Positions 55,607 to 64,000 of a stretch of 64,000 nt of DNA are shown piece by piece. Made by a program: the position numbers and the translations under genes. The notes under the pieces are model-generated. The model made no database searches. It saw nothing but the letters and a program-made list of their open reading frames with translations, and had not been told where the DNA came from. Source of the DNA: Candidatus Latescibacterota bacterium (GTDB taxonomy: Bacteria > Latescibacterota > UBA2968 > UBA8231). The stretch lies in assembly GCA_965204725.1 (NCBI GenBank), contig OZ242005.1, positions 3,552,001-3,616,000 on the forward strand. Reading direction: 5' to 3'. Each line of letters starts with the position of its first letter. Within the stretch, counting starts at the first letter, position 1.

Positions 55607-57676
55607 TTACGCTGCTTCTTTGCCTTTGTCTTTCTGCGAACTCTCGATGATTTTAGCCATGATGTCCCCGGGTACGTCCTCGTAGCGGTCGAATCTCTGC
55701 GCGTGGAATCCCTTGCCCTGCGTCATTGAGCGTAGAAACGTCGCGTAACGGTCTATTTCGGCCAAAGGAGCTTCGGCGTGGATGACTTGGAAATGGCCCG
55801 CTACGTCCATACCGCTAATCCGCCCCCGCCGCGACGAGAGATCGCCCATTACGTCTCCCATAAATTCCTCGGGCACTGTAATCTCTAGCTGATAAATCGG
55901 TTCTAGCAGGATCGGTTTGGCTTTGAGGAAGGCGTCCTTGAAGGCGTGGGAACTGGCTAGCTTAAAAGAAACTTCGTCCGAGTCAACTGGGTGGTGCTTA
56001 CCGTCGTATACAGTAACAGCCACATCGACGACTTGGTAGCCGGCCACCGGCCCCTGGCTCAGCGTCTCGACGATGCCCTTCTCCACCGCAGGAATGAAGT
56101 TGCTCGGGATATTGCCGCCGACGACCTCGTTGAGAAACTCAAAACCTTCACCGCGCCTCTTGGGAGCAATGCGTAGCAACACTTCGCCAAACTGCCCCCG
56201 TCCGCCCGACTGCTTCTTGTGCCGGTATTGCGCGTCGGCGTTGCCGCGGATCGTTTCTCGATAAGGAATCCGCGGCACCTCCATATCAATCTCCACGCTA
56301 AAGCGCTTTTTCAGGCGACTAATGATCGTTTCCAGATGCAACTCGCCTTGGGTAAGGAGAATCGTTTGGCCGACCTCGCCGTCGTATTTTCGGATGAAGC
56401 TCGGATCTTCCTCGTGCAACTGAGAAAGCCCGGTAGCAACGCGATCCTCGCCGCCTTGCTCCTTGGCGTGGATAGCCACGCGAATTAGCGGCTCGGGGAA
56501 TTCAATGCCCGGAAGTTGTAGCGACTCGCCCTTGGCGCAAAGCGTATCGGCCGTATGGGTGTCTTTGAGTTTGACTAAGGCGACGATATCGCCAGCCTCG
56601 GCACTTTCGACTTCGGTGCGCCTATTGCCGTTGAGGTGGTAGATTTGACCGATGCGCTCAGTGGTTCGATTGCTTGAGTTGGCCACTTCGTCGCCGGGCT
56701 TGAGCACTCCAGAGAAGAGGCGCAGCAGAGAAAGCTCACCTACGTGCTGTTCAGCCAAGGTCTTGAACACCAGAGCAGCCAAGGGCGCAGTAGCGGTACC
56801 TGCAAGCTCAACCTCCTGTTTCTCGCCATCTTGGAACCTGAGTCCTGCTGCTTCGGCCGGCGACGGCCCGTATTGTACCAAGGCGTCCAGCAGCCGATCG
56901 ATGCCGACGTTATTGTACGCATCGCCGAAAAAGACCGGAAAAATTTCGAGCCGTAATACGGCCTGGCGCAGGCCAGCAACCATATCTTCTGTGGTCAATT
57001 CGCCCTCGCTAAAATACTTCTCCATCAATTTTTCGTCGGTCTCGGCGATGGATTCTACCAGTTGCTCGTGCAACTCTTCGGCGCGACTCTGTACTTCGGC
57101 CGGTATGTCTCCTTCAGTGGCTTTGCCATCTTGGTACGCATAGCCTCTCATGGTAACCAAATCGACAATATGATTGAAGCCCTCATTGGGGTTTACCGCC
57201 ATTTGCAAAGGCACGACTTGGCGCCCGAAACGCTCTTGAACCATTTCTAAGACTTGGTCGGCGTCCGCATCGGCGCGGTCCATCTTGTTGATGAATAGTA
57301 CCCGGGGCAAATTGTAATCGGCCGCAAAATTCCAAGTCCGCTCGGTGCCAATCTCTACTCCGGTAATCGAATCAACGACAGCGACTGCCGCGTCGGACAC
57401 GCGCAGTGCCGCCTTGGCCTCGGAGATAAAATCTGCATAGCCCGGCGTATCAATTATGTTGAGTTGGTGATCCTGCCAGTGACCATTTAGCAAAGAGACC
57501 TTCAGCGAAATCTGACGCTCAATCTCGGCCGAATCGCAATCTGATGTCGTCGTCCCGTCGTCAATGCGTCCCAAGCGGTTTACGACGCCCATGTTGAATA
57601 ACATTGCCTCCGACAGTGCTGTTTTGCCCGCGCCGCTATGGCCACACAGCGAAAAATTCCTAGTTTGTTCGCTCAA
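55607..57676 (-). CDS. Elongation factor G paralog (EF-G2-like)
   Basis: GHSGAGKT, RQISL in place of RGITI, DTPGYADF, NKMD, GELHLE, KKQSGGRGQFG, HPVDS; outside the str operon. Confidence 0.9.
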   Translation of the reverse strand: MSEQTRNFSLCGHSGAGKTALSEAMLFNMGVVNRLGRIDDGTTTSDCDSAEIERQISLKVSLLNGHWQDHQLNIIDTPGYADFISEAKAALRVSDAAVAVVDSITGVEIGTERTWNFAADYNLPRVLFINKMDRADADADQVLEMVQERFGRQVVPLQMAVNPNEGFNHIVDLVTMRGYAYQDGKATEGDIPAEVQSRAEELHEQLVESIAETDEKLMEKYFSEGELTTEDMVAGLRQAVLRLEIFPVFFGDAYNNVGIDRLLDALVQYGPSPAEAAGLRFQDGEKQEVELAGTATAPLAALVFKTLAEQHVGELSLLRLFSGVLKPGDEVANSSNRTTERIGQIYHLNGNRRTEVESAEAGDIVALVKLKDTHTADTLCAKGESLQLPGIEFPEPLIRVAIHAKEQGGEDRVATGLSQLHEEDPSFIRKYDGEVGQTILLTQGELHLETIISRLKKRFSVEIDMEVPRIPYRETIRGNADAQYRHKKQSGGRGQFGEVLLRIAPKRRGEGFEFLNEVVGGNIPSNFIPAVEKGIVETLSQGPVAGYQVVDVAVTVYDGKHHPVDSDEVSFKLASSHAFKDAFLKAKPILLEPIYQLEITVPEEFMGDVMGDLSSRRGRISGMDVAGHFQVIHAEAPLAEIDRYATFLRSMTQGKGFHAQRFDRYEDVPGDIMAKIIESSQKDKGKEAA

Positions 57677-57755
57677 TTTGACCCCTCCTGAATTAAGAGA
57701 AGTGCTTAATTAATTGGGCCGCCTTAGCGTTGTCAAGATATTTCCATAAAGACAC

Positions 57756-57786
57756 AAAAAAAGCCCACCCCTAAAGAGGTGGGCTT
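57756..57786 (-). terminator. Rho-independent terminator of the rRNA operon
   Basis: AAGCCCACCTC-TTTA-GGGGTGGGCTT followed by a U-tract, just downstream of 5S. Confidence 0.85.
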
Positions 57787-57801
57787 CAAAACAATAAAAA
57801 A

Positions 57802-57917
57802 TCCGGCGGCGTCCTACTCTCCCACTAGGCGACCCAGCAGTACCATCGGCGCAAGAGGGCTTAACGGCTCTGTTCGGAATGGGAAGAGGTGTTTCCCCTC
57901 CGCTATGACCACCGGAA
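57802..57917 (-). rRNA. rrf: 5S rRNA
   Basis: TCCGGTGGTCATAGCGGAGGGGAAACACC...CCGAAC...GATGGTACT...GAGAGTAGG...CCGG. Confidence 0.97.
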
Positions 57918-57997
57918 AACTTAAATTCTCTTCAACAACCGAATACAGGCCCATACCAAAAGTGATGCAAAACTCCAGTATTGCTGCGACAATAAAT

Positions 57998-61022
<3,025 letters not shown>

Positions 61023-61163
61023 AAAAATCACTGTCACAACACTACTAGAGGTATGCATCACGGTGTATCGAGTAGTAAGCACATAACGCACTTCCACTCG
61101 GTAAACCTTGATTATTAACTGATATGAACCTGTATTCGATTGTCAAAGAGCAAAAAGCCTGAA

Positions 61164-61240
<77 letters not shown>

Positions 61241-61329
61241 GAAAATCGAATAACGCACATGAAGGGAGGTCGAAAAGTAAAACATTGACCTAGGCGGATA
61301 ATGTCAGGAGCCTAAACTCCCAATAATCC

Positions 61330-62893
<1,564 letters not shown>

Positions 62894-63010
62894 AAAAATT
62901 TGATTACTACTTTTTGATTCTGAAAATCCAAGCTCTTCGACGCTGGACCCTCATGTACGTTATTCGATTTTCAAAGATCAATATTGCTCAGGTATCGAGC
63001 GTAACTGTTA

Positions 63011-63039
63011 AAACTATTCTCCAATTCCCTCTCTGTCAA
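63011..63039 (-). promoter_or_regulatory. rRNA operon promoter TTGACA-N17-TAGTTT
   Basis: About 120 nt upstream of 16S, with a boxA-like GATCTTTGAAAAT in between. Confidence 0.7.
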
Positions 63040-63097
63040 GAGGAGAGGCAAAATATCGGCACTAAAGGCAGTATCAATACAACGCTCCCATATCAAA

Positions 63098-64000
63098 TCA
63101 ACCCCAGCTAGCGGCTCCCTTCAATTCGCCTTGCCTTTCTAGGGCAATATGCTCAAAGTAACCGCTGCGATGATAGGCCCCCAAGGGATCGGCTTCGGCC
63201 CCCAGTTCCCGGCGCACAACCGCCAGCAAGGACCGCACATCAGTGTCGTAGGCATTGCGCAAAACTTCTTCGCATCCCACTGCGTCGTCCTCCGCCTGAG
63301 CCTCAGCTAGTGCCGTGCGGTCAACCAGCAATGCACGGGCATAGGCCATCTGGATATTGAGCACTGACTGGATCATCGCCTCGACTTTGGGCTTGATAAT
63401 ATGACTTTGGTCAATCATGTAGGCAATATTAGCCGCTGCGGCACCGCGCCGCTCAGCGTTGAGGATCTCGTGGTAAATCAGGAAGACCTCATAGAGGTTG
63501 ACCGAGCCGGTCGTCACATCGTCATCGGCGTATTTGCGATTATTGAAGTGAAACCCTCCCATTCGCCCCTCGTCGAGGAGTAGGGCCACAAGATGCTCAA
63601 TATTGGTAGAAAGGGGATGATGCCCTAGATCAACCAGCACTTCGGCCTTAGTCCCAGCCTTAATGGCGAAATTTAGTGCCATACCCCAGTCGGCAATGTC
63701 AGTATGGTAAAACGCTGGCTCAAAGAATTTGTACTCTATGAGCATCCGCGCCCCTTCGGGCAGCATGGCGTGCGTCTCACTCAGACACTCCTCAAACCGC
63801 CGCTTGCGTTCGACGATATCGTCCTGTCCTGGGTAGTTCGTACCGTCGGCAAACCAAAGGCTCAGTACTGTGGACCCTGTCTGCTGCATGATATCTATGC
63901 ACTCATGAATATGAGCGAGTGCTTTGCGACGCACAGCCGGGTCCCGATGGCCGAAACTGCCCAATTTGTATTCAGGCTCTTGGAAGACATTGGGATTGAT
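63098..64000 (-). CDS. L-rhamnose isomerase/sugar isomerase (RhaI type; 3' part, start outside window)
   Basis: [65 protein letters not shown]. Confidence 0.92.
   Translation of the reverse strand: MNPNVFQEPEYKLGSFGHRDPAVRRKALAHIHECIDIMQQTGSTVLSLWFADGTNYPGQDDIVERKRRFEECLSETHAMLPEGARMLIEYKFFEPAFYHTDIADWGMALNFAIKAGTKAEVLVDLGHHPLSTNIEHLVALLLDEGRMGGFHFNNRKYADDDVTTGSVNLYEVFLIYHEILNAERRGAAAANIAYMIDQSHIIKPKVEAMIQSVLNIQMAYARALLVDRTALAEAQAEDDAVGCEEVLRNAYDTDVRSLLAVVRRELGAEADPLGAYHRSGYFEHIALERQGELKGAASWG

Noticed and set aside
55607-57676. EF-G as a novelty or tetracycline-resistance protein
   Set aside because: It fits the common EF-G2 paralog class (divergent G2 motif, full five domains).

Overview
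A GC-rich (~60-63% by eye) bacterial chromosome segment, almost all on the minus strand. It probably comes from a diderm FCB-group-like organism (T9SS-type CTD/PorV genes, group II GGGP synthase); a Latescibacterota-like placement is my inference, not a database result. It carries many housekeeping genes (hemH, degP, metK, ptsI/ptsH, alaS, recX/recA, pgpA/pgsA, recR, dnaX, tadA, lysA, ilvE, rsmA, holB, rimI, tsaB, ruvCAB, yebC, EF-G paralog), a large-type SRP RNA, four tRNAs and a full 16S-tRNAIle-23S-5S operon. The standout is a tightly coupled ~21 kb operon (25376-46200). In order of transcription it holds ilvE, a peptide-binding protein, and a module of unknown function (two small proteins, a GlmL-like ASKHA ATPase without any glutamate mutase, an RnfC/NqrA-like barrel-sandwich protein, two probably paralogous DUF6754-type membrane-anchored proteins and two polytopic membrane proteins). 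These are followed by a TonB-dependent receptor, a T9SS-CTD surface protein, a PorV-like barrel, a TPR lipoprotein and two Dpp/Opp permeases, with no cognate ABC ATPase. It is a candidate undescribed envelope-spanning peptide-acquisition system. Other points of note: a Cys/His-rich leader ORF before a TolC gene, a shared ECF-type promoter motif, an IS5-like MITE/REP cluster, a direct-repeat-flanked SLATT-like cassette, a divergent RecA and an apparent CCWGG depletion. No CRISPR array or intact transposase was seen.
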